NCBI GenBank assembly: GCA_043228905.1
Contig: JBHGNT010000015.1
Location: 7,378,001 to 7,442,000, forward strand
DNA: 64,000 nucleotides
Direction: 5' to 3'
DNA from: Azolla caroliniana
Lineage: Eukaryota > Plantae > Polypodiophyta
Both the position numbers and the translations under genes were made by a program. The notes under the pieces were generated by a model that ran no database searches, was not told the origin of the DNA, and worked only from the letters and a program-made list of their open reading frames with translations. The number at the start of each line of letters is the position of its first letter. Positions within the stretch are counted from its first letter, which is position 1. Positions 52,520-64,000 of this stretch are shown here, piece after piece.

Positions 52520-53660
52520 TCTCCACCTCTCACCCCATTTGCTTCGATCCCCACAACTTATTCACTCTCCCTTCATGATGTGCTTCGGCCCCCTCACCAT
52601 CATCACTCCTAAAAACAACCAAATTGCTTCATTCAATCCACCTCCACCATCTCGCCGAATGCCACCAATGTCCTGTGGAATTAACAACAAAATAAATAAA
52701 AAATTCCTCATCCCCTCATGAGCTGCTTCGATCCCCCCCACCATCATCACTCCTAAAACAGACACATTGCTTCCTTTAGTCCACATCCACCATCTCGCCG
52801 AATAGCACCAATGTCCTGTGCAATGAATCAACAAAAATGAGAAATTGTTCCTCATTCCCTCATGATTTGCTTCGTTCCCCCACACCATCGTCACTCCTAA
52901 AAACAGAGAAATTGCTTCAATCAAACCACATCCACCATCTCGTCGAATACCACCTCTGACCTATACAAAAAACAACAAAAACAAGTGAATAATGGTTCCT
53001 CATCCCCTCATGATTTGCTTCTGTCCCCCCCACCATCATCACTCCTAAAAACAAACAAATTGCTTCAATCAATCCACATCCACCATCTCGCCGAGTACTG
53101 CCAATATCCTGTGTAATTAACAACAAAATAAGTGAACAATGATTCCTCTCCCCTCCTGATCCGCTTCAGCCCTCGCACCAACACCACTCATCCTCACACC
53201 ATGACAAAGTTGCTTCAAATCCCACTGCCATCATCCCGCAACCTATGAGAACCATAATATCTGTCTTAAGTCAACCCATATCTAGGGTATCTTGCTTCCC
53301 CTATTCCATCTCACCGATTAACGCGGCCCTGTAATCACAACAAAAAATGAGCGAAAATCATTCCTCGCCTTCTCATAATAATCTGCTTCAGCCCCCACTC
53401 CAACATCACTCATCCTAACCACAAAAAACAGAAAAACGGCTTCGTCATGTCCCCATCTACCATCTCACTATCTCCGATTCGACAATCCTGTTACACTAAC
53501 AACCAACAAACAAGTAGAAAACAAACAGAAATCCTCACCTTCTCCTAGTAATCTTCGACAACCCCCACCACCATCAGTCATCCTAATCACAAAACAACTT
53601 AAACCTATTTCAACCTGTCCACATCCACCATGTCGATGTCTCTGATTATCACACGAAATC
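52520..53660. repeat. Tandem array with a period of about 145 bp (4 good and about 3 decayed units)
   Basis: CACCATC(A/G)TCACTCCTAAAA recurs at about 52595, 52739, 52883 and 53031; weaker at about 53177, 53400 and 53570. Confidence 0.85.
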
Positions 53661-53809
53661 TGCCTCATACCACTAAAATCTTCTTTTACTAGCCTGATTC
53701 AGCATCCAGAACATCATCCCATTTCCTCATATCTTCTTCTAGCATATGTATATCTTACCTACATTAAAATAGGCTTCATACATGCCACCACAGTCTCCTC
53801 CCTGTTATC

Positions 53810-55951
53810 TCATGTTGTTCGCCATAAGAATGGTACTGGTGGCGGGAACAACCAACGAGGTGGCACATAATTCCACCTAACCTCTGAAGGAATAGCTGAC
53901 CAAACTCGTCGTAATCTCTTTCTTTTTCGAATGGCTGTGTTTCCATAGCCTTTATACCTGTCATACTCACCTTTAACCGAATGTACTAATAAATTCCAAA
54001 AAGACTTTACCTGATCCACAACGTGAATGTCTTCATCATTGTATAACTTGGAGCACCGAGCTTTCCAAAGAACCCATAGAGACAACGAGGAGACAATCTG
54101 CCAAACATAGCTCCGCGAGAAGAACTTGACTCCCTGCAAGGATCTTGAAGTAGAATATAACTGAAAACTTCTTACATATAAAGACAATGAAGAATGATTA
54201 TAATGATAAAAAGCCCTTTGTTGATCCAACATTCCCCAAAAGACTGCACCCCACGTAAAAATAGCAGACTTATACTTACGACCTAGAAGCCTAAGAATTC
54301 GACACCAAAAACTTTTTGCGGAAACACATTCCCAAAATGCATGATGCAATGTCTCATCCGCAAACCCACACATAATACATGACCGATTACTCACCGATCC
54401 CCTCAATAAATGACCTATTGGCAATGCATAATGAATCATCAACCACCGAAAATGCAATATCTTATTCATGCATTTAATAGACCAAAACTGTTTCCAAAAC
54501 ATAACCATATGAGTAGATGAAACATTACCTTCCTCCCAATACTTTTTTCCAGCAGGTATCGGCTCGGTCTGCCTCAACATAAAATTCCTACCAAATGCTA
54601 CTGAATATTTAAAAAAAGGAAGGATCTTAGTCGAAGAGTCAGATATGGATAATTTCCAACCATAATCCGTTGGATCCACTGCAGGTCATCAATAGGTTTA
54701 GAGTCTAACATCGAAATATGAGATGAAAAATTAACTATTAGTGGACTAGGATCGATATATATATTTTTATCTAATCTAGCAATTACTCGCATTGGCAATT
54801 GCTTTGCAGCCAACATGATTTGAGACTCCTCATCCACTAGTATCAACCTACCATTGTCCAACACTTCATAAAAATAAATGCTACCATTTTGATCATATAA
54901 CCGAGCTCCTATAAGTATATTGAGTGTCGAGAACATACCGTACCAACTCTGAAAATGATTGAATTGCAATGTAGGCACTGTGACCTGATACACCCTGGAC
55001 AATTGTGATAACATGATCTTAGCCCCTCTTAAGTTCGATAACCTATTACTTTGCTCCAGCGTAGAGGACTGCATAAACCTTATCCAATCCGCAACCGTAT
55101 GAGCTGGTCCACTATCCATTGCAGCCCATGATAACCTAGGGCGTAAACCCAAAACACATGCAGCTTCATCAGTAAATAAAGGATTCCATATCAATGGTTG
55201 ACGCATAAATTGATGATAGCTTTTCGGTGGCAAGAAAACAAGCGCTTGCCGAAGAGTTTCCCATGCCCGAAAAATTCCATTGAAGAAACGCAATGATCCA
55301 TCATTGGACTTAGGTAGCTGGAAATCTGCATTAAAGAACCATCTAAGACTATCCTTCCATTGACCACCTACCGAAGGCTTGACCTTATATAGATGTTGCA
55401 TCCATAGCTTTTTCCATAACTCCTGTCCTGGCAATAAACTCCTAACAACATGTTTAGTAAGTAAAGCTTTGCTTTGCATAAATGGATCAATCAAACCTAA
55501 ACCACCTTTTTGTTTAGGTTGTATCAGGATAGACCAAGTTACCTTTGCTACAGGATTGACTGACCTATTGTTCCCCCAAATAAAATTCCGTACTAAACGT
55601 TGAACTTTCAACATTATTGACCTAGAAAACAGCCATGTAGATGCTATATACCAAATCGAGGACAACAACACCGCATTAGCTACAACTACACGTCCTGCTA
55701 AAGATAATTTTTCTTTATTCCAATATACTAATTTATTTCTTAATCTTAACAATAAGGGTGCAATCATATCTTCTGACTTTAATCCCACACCCACTCGACA
55801 ACCTAAATACCTAATGGACTGACCTTGAGGTATCCATGTGAATCCTAAAGAGGGTACATTAACTGGCGGATCTCCCGAAGCGACGCAAAAACCTGATGGC
55901 TTATCCCAATTTATCAATGCACCCGATGCATCTGAGAAATCATCCACAGCC
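53810..55951 (-). mobile_element. L1-type LINE ORF2, 5'-truncated (RT C-terminal part and zf-RVT)
   Basis: [40 protein letters not shown]...ETLHHAFWEC. One frameshift near 54670. Confidence 0.92.
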
Positions 55952-56076
55952 TTCTCATGTTGTAAGCATAGTTCTCCAAAGAATTTTTAGACTCCCCTTT
56001 CTTCTTGTGTTCTTCATCTTCAGATTTGTATTTCTCTGCATCTTGCACCATCTTCTCAATCTCTTCCTTGCTCAAC
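55952..56076 (-). pseudogene. HSP70: Cytosolic HSP70 fragment
   Basis: Translates [41 protein letters not shown] (absent from the ORF track). Confidence 0.93.
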
Positions 56077-56305
56077 ATGATCCACCACCTGATTTGTGAC
56101 TAGTATAGCTATGTCATACTGATGTGCATACTGTTTCAATTTGCTGGAAAGCTTAAAGAACCACTCCATTCTTCTTGCAAGATCTCTTCCATTGTTATCA
56201 AAATCTGATCGGAAGAGTGCAGCAATGGAATCGATGATCAAAAGCTTGATGGGCATGGAGGGAGGGCAGACAAGGAGGACTCGAAGATGTTCTAAATAGT
56301 CCCAT
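56071..56305 (-). pseudogene. XRCC3: RAD51-paralogue fragment, XRCC3-like (Walker B region)
   Basis: IKLLIIDSIAALFRSDFD...DLARR..FFKLSSKLK..A....[11 protein letters not shown]. Confidence 0.85.
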
Positions 56306-56870
56306 GATTTAACCTTAAACGTGCACAGTCCAATTGATGACCATCTTCTAAAAAGATCCTTATGGCTCGATTATCCTTTTGAGTGTCACCGCTCGCAAAT
56401 CCTTGATATGCCATGTCAAACAATGGAAAATTCCCTTTACCCTTGAGAAGTTGTGAAAGTTCTTTCCATTACTCAAGAGTAGGATCCACCCAGTTGGATT
56501 ATGGGCACAAGCATGCAGCATAATGATGGAAGCTCGTGGAGCTTTCTTCAAATCCTCCTTCAATCTATCAAAACCCAAGCCTCTTGTGTTGGGCTTGTAA
56601 TATCTATATGTAAGCTGCTTGACACCAACATCCTTGAAGATGTTGTGATGATTTGACTCCCGACCACCAATATGACGTTCTGCTTCTCTAACACATTCAA
56701 GCACAACATGTTTCCCCTCATCACTGCGATAAGCACCTATGCTAACGTTGATTTTTGTAGGATTAGTGTTGGCGAGGAAGGTAGAAGTGACGCCAAGGAT
56801 AGGGTCGTGAGGGGCAGGTTGAACAGAGCTCCACCAACGAGGAGCAAGAGCAACGGAGGCCGTGAATAAT
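56297..56870 (-). pseudogene. Intronless, internally deleted mitochondrial aspartate aminotransferase (ASP1/GOT2-like) fragment
   Basis: WWSSVQPAPHDPILGVT..GAYR..VVLECVREAE joined to NHHNIF..LHACAHNPTG, then a frameshift and FDMAYQGFASGD..EDGH..MGL. Confidence 0.9.
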
Positions 56871-56989
56871 TGGTGTCGTGAAAATCCATCACTATGTGTG
56901 GATCGTGAGGTGGAACCGCCGGGGTTATGGATGGGAAGGAAATAGGGCTCACACGCACAACACAAGGAAGTTTTACACAAACAAGGCAC

Positions 56990-57810
56990 GAGTATTCGAA
57001 CGCGTTTGTGAAAAGGAAAGGTGCATGGGCAAGCCCAAATCAACCCCTAGTCACAAGGCAAATGAATGCATGTGAGAAAGGCTTACACACAGACACACAA
57101 GGAAAAGGCTTACTTACACACACGAGAGACAAAGTTTTGAACGCGTTTGTGAAAAGGAGAGGTGCATGGGCAAGCCTGAATCAACCCCTACTCACAAGGC
57201 AAACGATTGCACGTGAGAAAGGCTTACACATGGACACACAAGGAAAAGGCTTACTTACACACACGAGAGACAAATTTTCGAATGCCTTTGTGGAAAGAGA
57301 GGTGCATGGGCAAGCCCGAACGCTCCCTTGTTACAAGACACGCGAACACACAAGCAAGGTTTACACATGGGAGACACAATTTCGAATGCCTTTGTGAAAG
57401 GGGAGGTGCATGGGCAAGCCCTAACGCTCCCTTGACACAAGTCACACGATCACACAAGCAAGATTTACACTAACACGAAAGATTGAATGCCTTTGTGAAA
57501 GGAGAGGTGCATGGGCAAGCCCGAAATGCTCCCTTGTCACAAGACACACAAATAGATAAGCACAAATGACAATAACATATAAGACATGTAAGTTTGAATG
57601 CCTTTGTGAAAGGAGAGGTTCATGGGCAAGCCCGAAACACTCCCTTGTCATAAGACACACAAACAAATAAGCACAAATGATGATAACATATCAGATACGT
57701 AAGTTTGAATGCCTTTGTGAAAGGAGAGGTGCATGGGCAAGTCCGAAACGCTCCCTTGTCACAAGACACACAAACAAATAAGCACAAATGACAATAACAT
57801 ATTAGACATA
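56990..57810. repeat. Tandem array of 7 units (periods about 141, 140, 104, 101, 111, 111 bp)
   Basis: Core TTTGTGAAAGGAGAGGTGCATGGGCAAGCC at about 57021, 57162, 57302, 57406, 57507, 57618 and 57729. Confidence 0.9.
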
Positions 57811-57849
57811 TAGGTGAAACCAAACATTAGTTTATTACAATATAATAGA
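57810..57849 (-). mobile_element. Possible Helitron 5' terminus
   Basis: Minus strand A|TCTATTATATTG directly followed by the tandem array. No 3' hairpin-CTAG end found. Confidence 0.4.
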
Positions 57850-57892
57850 TTCTTTTATAAAATAAGAATCAATTCTACAACGGGTTTGATAT

Positions 57893-60800
57893 GAGACGGT
57901 GTGGCCGAGAGGAAGAACTGGTCGATTGTCGACACGGCAAGGGCAATGTTGGAGGAAAAGAGCATGCCCCATTTCTACTGGGCTGAGGCGGTCCGGACGG
58001 TCGTCTACATCCAAAACCGAATCGGTGACAAGGTGTTTGCGCATGAGCTGTATTTCAGGCGCAAGCCGAATTTTAGACACCTTTGGATATTCGGTAGCAT
58101 TGCATATATGCATGTGCCAGATGAGAAGCGGAGGAAGTTGGATGCAAGGTCGGAGAAATGGATCTTGGTCGGTTACTCGCATGAACAAAAGGGGTATAAG
58201 TGTTATAACCCCCGGACGAAGCAGGTCCAAGTTAGCTGGGATGTTGAGTTTGATGAGACGGCATCATGGTATGCCTTACCGGATCCGACTTCCAACCCCG
58301 GCCCGATTCCGAAAGATGAGGCTAGTGAGCCCGAGGAGTTCCAGGTAGAAGATGAAGATTTCGGCACTCTAGAAGAGAGTTCGATCTCATTCCGGCTAAG
58401 TGGACCGAATGAGCGGCTGAGTCGGGATGACCAGTCGAATGAGGAACCGGCGAGTAGTGGAGACTCTGTCATGCTCTCCCCGTGCAAGGAACCAAGGACA
58501 CGGTTCACGCGCAAAGAGAAAGGGAAGAAGAAGATGCCGGAATATGAAACCGGCAACGTTGAGTTGGATCAGAGCGAATCCGACTCTGGAAAGGATAAAG
58601 GCGAATCTTCGGGAACAAAAGTCCGACCTGGCCAAGAAGGGCCCCAAATCGGGTAAAACCAAGTTATGCCGGTCTTATCGCCTGAAGAACCCAGTTACGC
58701 GGTACAGGTACAATGAGTACATGGCGCATCATTATGCGTTCATGACTAAGGTGGCAGAAGTGCGTGAGCTGGAGAGCTATGTAGAAACGGCAAAGGACGC
58801 AAATTGGTGTGCCGTTATGGAGGAAGAAATGCGGGCACTAGATGCCAATGACACATGGGACCTCGTTGACCCTCCCCGACATTGTAAATCGATCGGATGT
58901 AAGTGGGTGTATAAGGTAAAGTACAATGCCGATGGTTCGTTTAACCGGTACAAGGCCCGGCTAGTGGCGAAGGGATACGTGCAGACCCACGCAATCGACT
59001 ATGACAAGACCTTCACTCCGGTAGCGAAGATGACGACGGTTCGTGTGGTACTGGTAGTTGTTGCGGCAAGGGGGTGGCATCTTCACCAGATGGACGTGAA
59101 GAATGTGTTTCCTCAAGGTGACCTTGAAGAACGGGTCTATATGATCCAACCTCTCAGTTTCCACACGGAGATGAACAAGTCGGTGGTATGCAAGCTGAAG
59201 AAGTCACTTTATGGCCTGAAGCAAGCCCCCCAAGCTTGGAATGCGAAGATCACGCACTGGTTGCGTAAGATGGGGTTTGTGGCCTTCAAGTCTGACTCTT
59301 CATTGTTCATTCGGCAAGGTCAAAATGGTCTGGTTTGCATCTTGCTGTATGTTGATGCTCTAGTCATCACCGGACCCGGACTCAATGAAATCAGTCGAGT
59401 CAAGTCCTAGCTGTCGGACGCATTTGAGATGAAGGAACTGGGGGACCTTCACTATTTCCTTGGGATCGAGGTGATCCAAACCCCCGACGGCATACTACTC
59501 TCACAAAGACACTATGTGTTGAACATGTTGTATAAGTTCGGCGTGACGGAATGCCGACCGATCTCCACACCACTGGATAGGAACCAGAAGCTTCGTCCCG
59601 ACTCCAGACCGGCCTGTGATGAGAATCGGTTCTGACAAATCGTCGGAAGCCTTATATATTTGACAATCACCCGACCCGACATCAGTTATCCGGCCGGCGT
59701 GATCAGCCAATATATGCAGAAGCCGACCATGGAGCACCTTCTGTGCGCACATCAAATTTTGCGATATGTGAGCAGCACGAATGACCGGGGACTGTTATAC
59801 CGGCATGGTATAACCGAAGAGCTAGTCGGCTACACCGATGCCGACTGGGCCGGCAATGCATCGGATCGCCGATCCACCTCTGGCTATATGTTTTCCCTTG
59901 GTAACACGGTTGTTGCGTGGAGCAGCAAAAAGCAGCCAACAGTGGCTCTTTCGAGCACTGAGACTGAATACCGGGGCGCTACCATTGCCACCTGTGAAGC
60001 CATTTGGCTTCGGCGACTACTGCACGACCTATGGATCAAAGCACCGACCCCGATCCTGATCTACTGCGACAACATAAGTAGCATGCAGCTCGCCAAGAAC
60101 CCCATATTCCATACTCGCACAAAGCACATAGAAGTGCACTACCACTTTGTGCGTGAGCGTGTTCTGAGCGGTGAAGTCGAACTTTGGTATGTTCATACGG
60201 ATTGGCAAGTTGCCGACATCTTCACCAAACCGCTCAGATCGGACAAGTTGCAGCACTTCACCGAAATGCTTGGTGTTCAGCATCTCGACGTGCCACACTT
60301 GAGGGGGAGAACGGGTAAAGACACTAGAACGGGCAAAGGCAAAGAAACTACCGATTGCGCCGGTGAGGGAAGAATCGAAAGAGGGGGAGACAAGAAGAAG
60401 AAAGGAGCCGAGTCGACAAAGGAAGTTGACACATCCGAACAAGTCAGAACAAGCGGCAGCAACGGCAGAGTCAAGAAGGACAGAGCCGACTGAAAGAAGA
60501 AGGCCAAGACCCAGACATGGTTCGATGTGGTGAAGGGCCTGGAACCGGAAGACAAATCGGGAGCGACCGATTCGGACAAGAGCTGGAATGAATCGGAGAC
60601 AGACGATTTGTTTCAACAAAAGGATTTGAAAGAACCGGATCAATTCAAGGCCAAGAGGACGAGAAGGCAACGAAAGTCAACGCCAACACGAAGGAATCGG
60701 CGAATTGGCAAGCGCCGAAGTCACAACAACGAGGGAGCTGAATTGGGCCTGTTGAGCAGACAAGCCGACCGAGGAGGTTGAGGTGCGCAGAATCAGAAGG

Positions 60801-61341
60801 GTCACGGCAAACGGGACCGGACCGGACCGGACGAGGAGCGCGAGCGAGGCGGAGTGACACCAGAAGGAGCCGGGTGGAAGGACCGGCTGCCATGGAGACT
60901 GACACTACGATCCGACCTCAAGTTGAGCTTGAGGGGGAGTGTTGAGAGGCAAGCTCAACCGAATCCGGATCGGCTGAATAAGCCTGAGCCGGATCGATGA
61001 GCCGGTGAGCTGGGAGCCGGTTAGCCGTATCCAGCAGTAACCGGAAGCCTAGTAGCAGCCTAGACTACTAGGTAGTTAATGTTTCATCATTAGTGTCAGA
61101 CGCTCGTGTGAGCATTGAAGTACACCATACTTTTGTCAGTCCTCTTAGGACTTGTATAAATAGTGTTGTTGAGCACGTTGTATGGATGCAAAGAACTATT
61201 ATTGTTTTGTAATAGATTATTAACATTCTGCTCATTCTCTGTCTCTCCCGCGTACACTTTGTGTGTCAATCAACATCTCTCTCTCTCTGTTGTTATCCGT
61301 CTAAACAGGTTGTCTAACGCTTCCGCACCCTCGTTTTTACA
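57893..61341 (+). mobile_element. Copia family A 3' part: integrase C-half, RT, RNase H, PPT, LTR 60940-61341
   Basis: AERKN, KARLVAKG, SLYGLKQAP, YTDADWAG, RTKHIEVHYHF. GAGGGGGAG-TGTTGAG...TACA. Inserted into the minus-strand Copia. Confidence 0.93.
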
Positions 61342-63122
61342 CATGCCTTGGTCGACTATCTGTCCGACCGACACCAAAATTTTGGTGATTGTCGGCACAT
61401 GCAAGACATTTCTCATGATTCCCTTTTGGCTGACATGGCTAAGAGGGACATCTCCAATGTGTTCAATGGGGTGAGGGGTGTCATCACCAGTTTCGACGAC
61501 CCCCAGCTGCTCTGGCTTTTCTAGAGTCAAGAACCACTCTTGGTGATTCGTCATGTGGTTCGATGCTCCTGAATCCACATACCATACCTCATTCAATGTC
61601 GAGGTATTCACCGCCATCGAGTTAGCTTTGTGCTTCATGACGAAGGCGGGGCCCGTGCCGGCTCGCCCTGAGCCTTCTGCGTAGTGCGATCTCTGACGCC
61701 TATCTACGTCTCCTCGGCTTGATCCGGCCTTGTCCGAATCGGCTCGTTTCTTCCAACACTCGCTCTCTCTGTGGCATTTCTTGCCACAATACTAGCAGTC
61801 CGTTGCGGCTTTCCCTTGCCAGCTCCCGGTCCCCCTATTTGTGGATTGTCCGGAATTGTTGTCGGCATTCTGATTATGCCGTAAATTCAGCTCTTGTCGA
61901 CTGCCTCCATTGTGTGCCAACCCGCCTCGTCCACCACGACCACGTGACCTCTTTGCCTCCGTATACAACATTTTGTTGTCGGTGTGCGTACTCGTGGACA
62001 TGATCGCGTGGTTTTCTTCTAGAGCAACATCGATTGAAGCTCGAAAAATGACGGTGTGTTCTCCCTTGTGCAGACCGACGTTAGGAATGCTCCGAACTTA
62101 GATGCTAACCCTCCAAGGCAAACCTGCACCATTTCATCCTCCTTGATGTTCACTTTGACGGAGGCGAGAGAGTCGCAAATCTCTTTGATTCGAGCTGTAT
62201 AATTGGCCATAGATAGATCTTTCTACCGGACATTGCTTAGCTCATGCCTGAGCTGCAACTTCCTGGCCGTCGTGCAGGCGACAAAAATCCTTTTGAGATT
62301 CGCCCCTGCGTCCTTTAGCGTCTTGGCATCCCGAATGTAGCTCAAGAGTTGATCGCTCACACAGGACGCAAAACAGTACAAAACTTTGCTTGCTGCCTGT
62401 TCCTAGGCTAGGAAGTCTCTTTGTGTCAATTCGGGTGCTACATCATTAGCTCCTTTGATATAACTCCAGTAGCCATGGCCGAGCAGGTACTGATGCATCT
62501 TAAATGATCAAGATGCGTACTTGCTCCTATCGAGCTTTTTAGTCAGAAGCGAGCTTCCCATTCCTCTGTCCATATTTTTGTCGTATCTTTTTCGAAAAAC
62601 GAGAAAACTTGACTCTGTCTTGATCGCTTGCTTTTTCTGTCGGCTGTAGAGGAGTCTCAACCCTCGTGCTCTGATACCATATAAAAGAATACGATGTGCG
62701 GAAGTGTGCATACAAGACACGGAGTATAGTGTTGATGTTTGGAAACACAATTGTTCGGTAAATGCAGAGAACACAGAGAATGAGAGACAGAGAGAGCATA
62801 CACAAAATTATTTCAAAGGAATAACGCTCTGTACATACTTCGTGCTCGGTGAGCACTTTTTATTCAAGCCTTGACAAGTGGGCTGACACAAGTACCGTTA
62901 GTACTTGAATGCTCATAAATGAGCCTGAAACTAATTTTGTATACAATATTCCTATTTACTGTACCAGGAATATAGTCTATTAACGGCCTACCCGAGTCCC
63001 TCACCACATGGCTCTCAGTTCTCGATCCTACGGCCGATTTGGGTCTCTCCGATCGGTCTTCAACCGATTTGGTTCTTGGCTTCTTCCGCCACTCAACTTG
63101 AGTTGAGCTTGCTCACTCAACA
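61342..63122 (-). mobile_element. Copia family A 5' part: LTR 63122-62682, PBS 62679-62668, gag, protease
   Basis: TGTTGAGTGAGCAAGCTCAAC LTR start, TGGTATCAGAGC, WYVDSGASNHMT. Confidence 0.9.
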
Positions 63123-64000
63123 ACAATGTACTAAACCAAACACTCTAATACCATGTTAATAATTAGGTAATTAACTATGGTTAATTAGTGTCTAATTATG
63201 TGAGTAGTTGATAACGCAGCAAAAGATTATGTGATATGTGTGTGTATGTGTGTGAGAGGAAGACAAAGAGGAAGTTACACTTATGAATAATAAGATAAAT
63301 GGGGGATGATTAACAAAAGTGTAGCTAAAGACCTTTCTCTATATTAATAACCATCAAAATACAATGATATCCACAATGTGGTATATATACATCTCATGTG
63401 CAAGGGTGCACATATGTGAGGAGAATATAGGTACAAGGATGTAAGGCCTATATTCAATGAACTTGGTAGTGAAGGTTCTAGAATGTATCCCACTCAAGTA
63501 CAAAATCTTATTTAAGGCTTTAAGTTCGACACTTCTAACTAGATTCTAATTATGTAACTACTAAGTTACATGGTTAACTAAATAGCTAAACCTAATTGTG
63601 CTTGATATCTCAATAGGAAACATGTTCGATATAATCAATTATCAACCCCAAGTTGTCAATTCATCCCCACATGAATTCTTAAGAGTGCACAGTTTATGAT
63701 AGCGCCCTAAATGAGGAGTAACTATTGTGCAACCCAACCACATGGGTCGATAATGTTTCAATGTAGGAACCGTGGATGAGTAGGAGATAATGTATTTAGG
63801 AAAGAGGGAAGTAGGATTATAGGATTTACTAGTCAAGTTGACTAGAAGAATAATCTATGGGCAAATTAACATGTACTTAGTCTTGAAGTATATGCCATTG
63901 ACTCCATTGACTTTAAGATAAGTACTATCTAGCACTAGCTTGTATCGAAGGAGTTGGATCAATCATCATATTAAATGACAAGTCAATTGACAAAAAATGA

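Noticed and set aside
56927-57823. CRISPR-like array or repeat-protein ORFs
   Set aside because: Sequences between cores are themselves homologous, there are no cas genes and the context is eukaryotic; it is a tandem repeat.
60029-60670. Long antisense ORFs over retroelement genes (also 30495-31247, 36343-36954, 4031-4552)
   Set aside because: Shadow frames of GC-rich coding sequence with no recognisable domains.

Overview
This is eukaryotic land-plant nuclear DNA; the transposon lineages and microsatellite-rich promoters suggest a non-seed plant such as a fern (inference). Two intact spliced genes sit convergently among nested transposons: MAP65 (22313-25717, +, 11 exons, 605 aa) and a ZWINT1/At3g23910-like kinetochore gene (48523-45017, -, 11 exons, 356 aa). 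The rest is Ty3/Gypsy and Ty1/Copia elements, solo LTRs, a hAT MITE, a LINE, tandem arrays and a tRNA-Thr pseudogene. The most striking observation concerns three non-chromovirus Gypsy copies with unrelated LTRs. None has a polypurine tract. Instead, each carries, exactly 2 nt before the 3' LTR, a conserved 40-nt tRNA-mimic hairpin ending in GCGTGCCA. In the one copy with both ends present, this tail is the reverse complement of the element's own primer-binding site, suggesting an unusual tRNA-type or self-priming replication route. Two of the copies also encode a large extra ORF with a conserved C-terminal ILDILxEE motif. A second highlight is a 5'-truncated LINE fused to consecutive intronless fragments of HSP70, XRCC3 and mitochondrial aspartate aminotransferase, consistent with multi-step template switching. 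All family assignments are from recognised motifs and memory; no database search was run.
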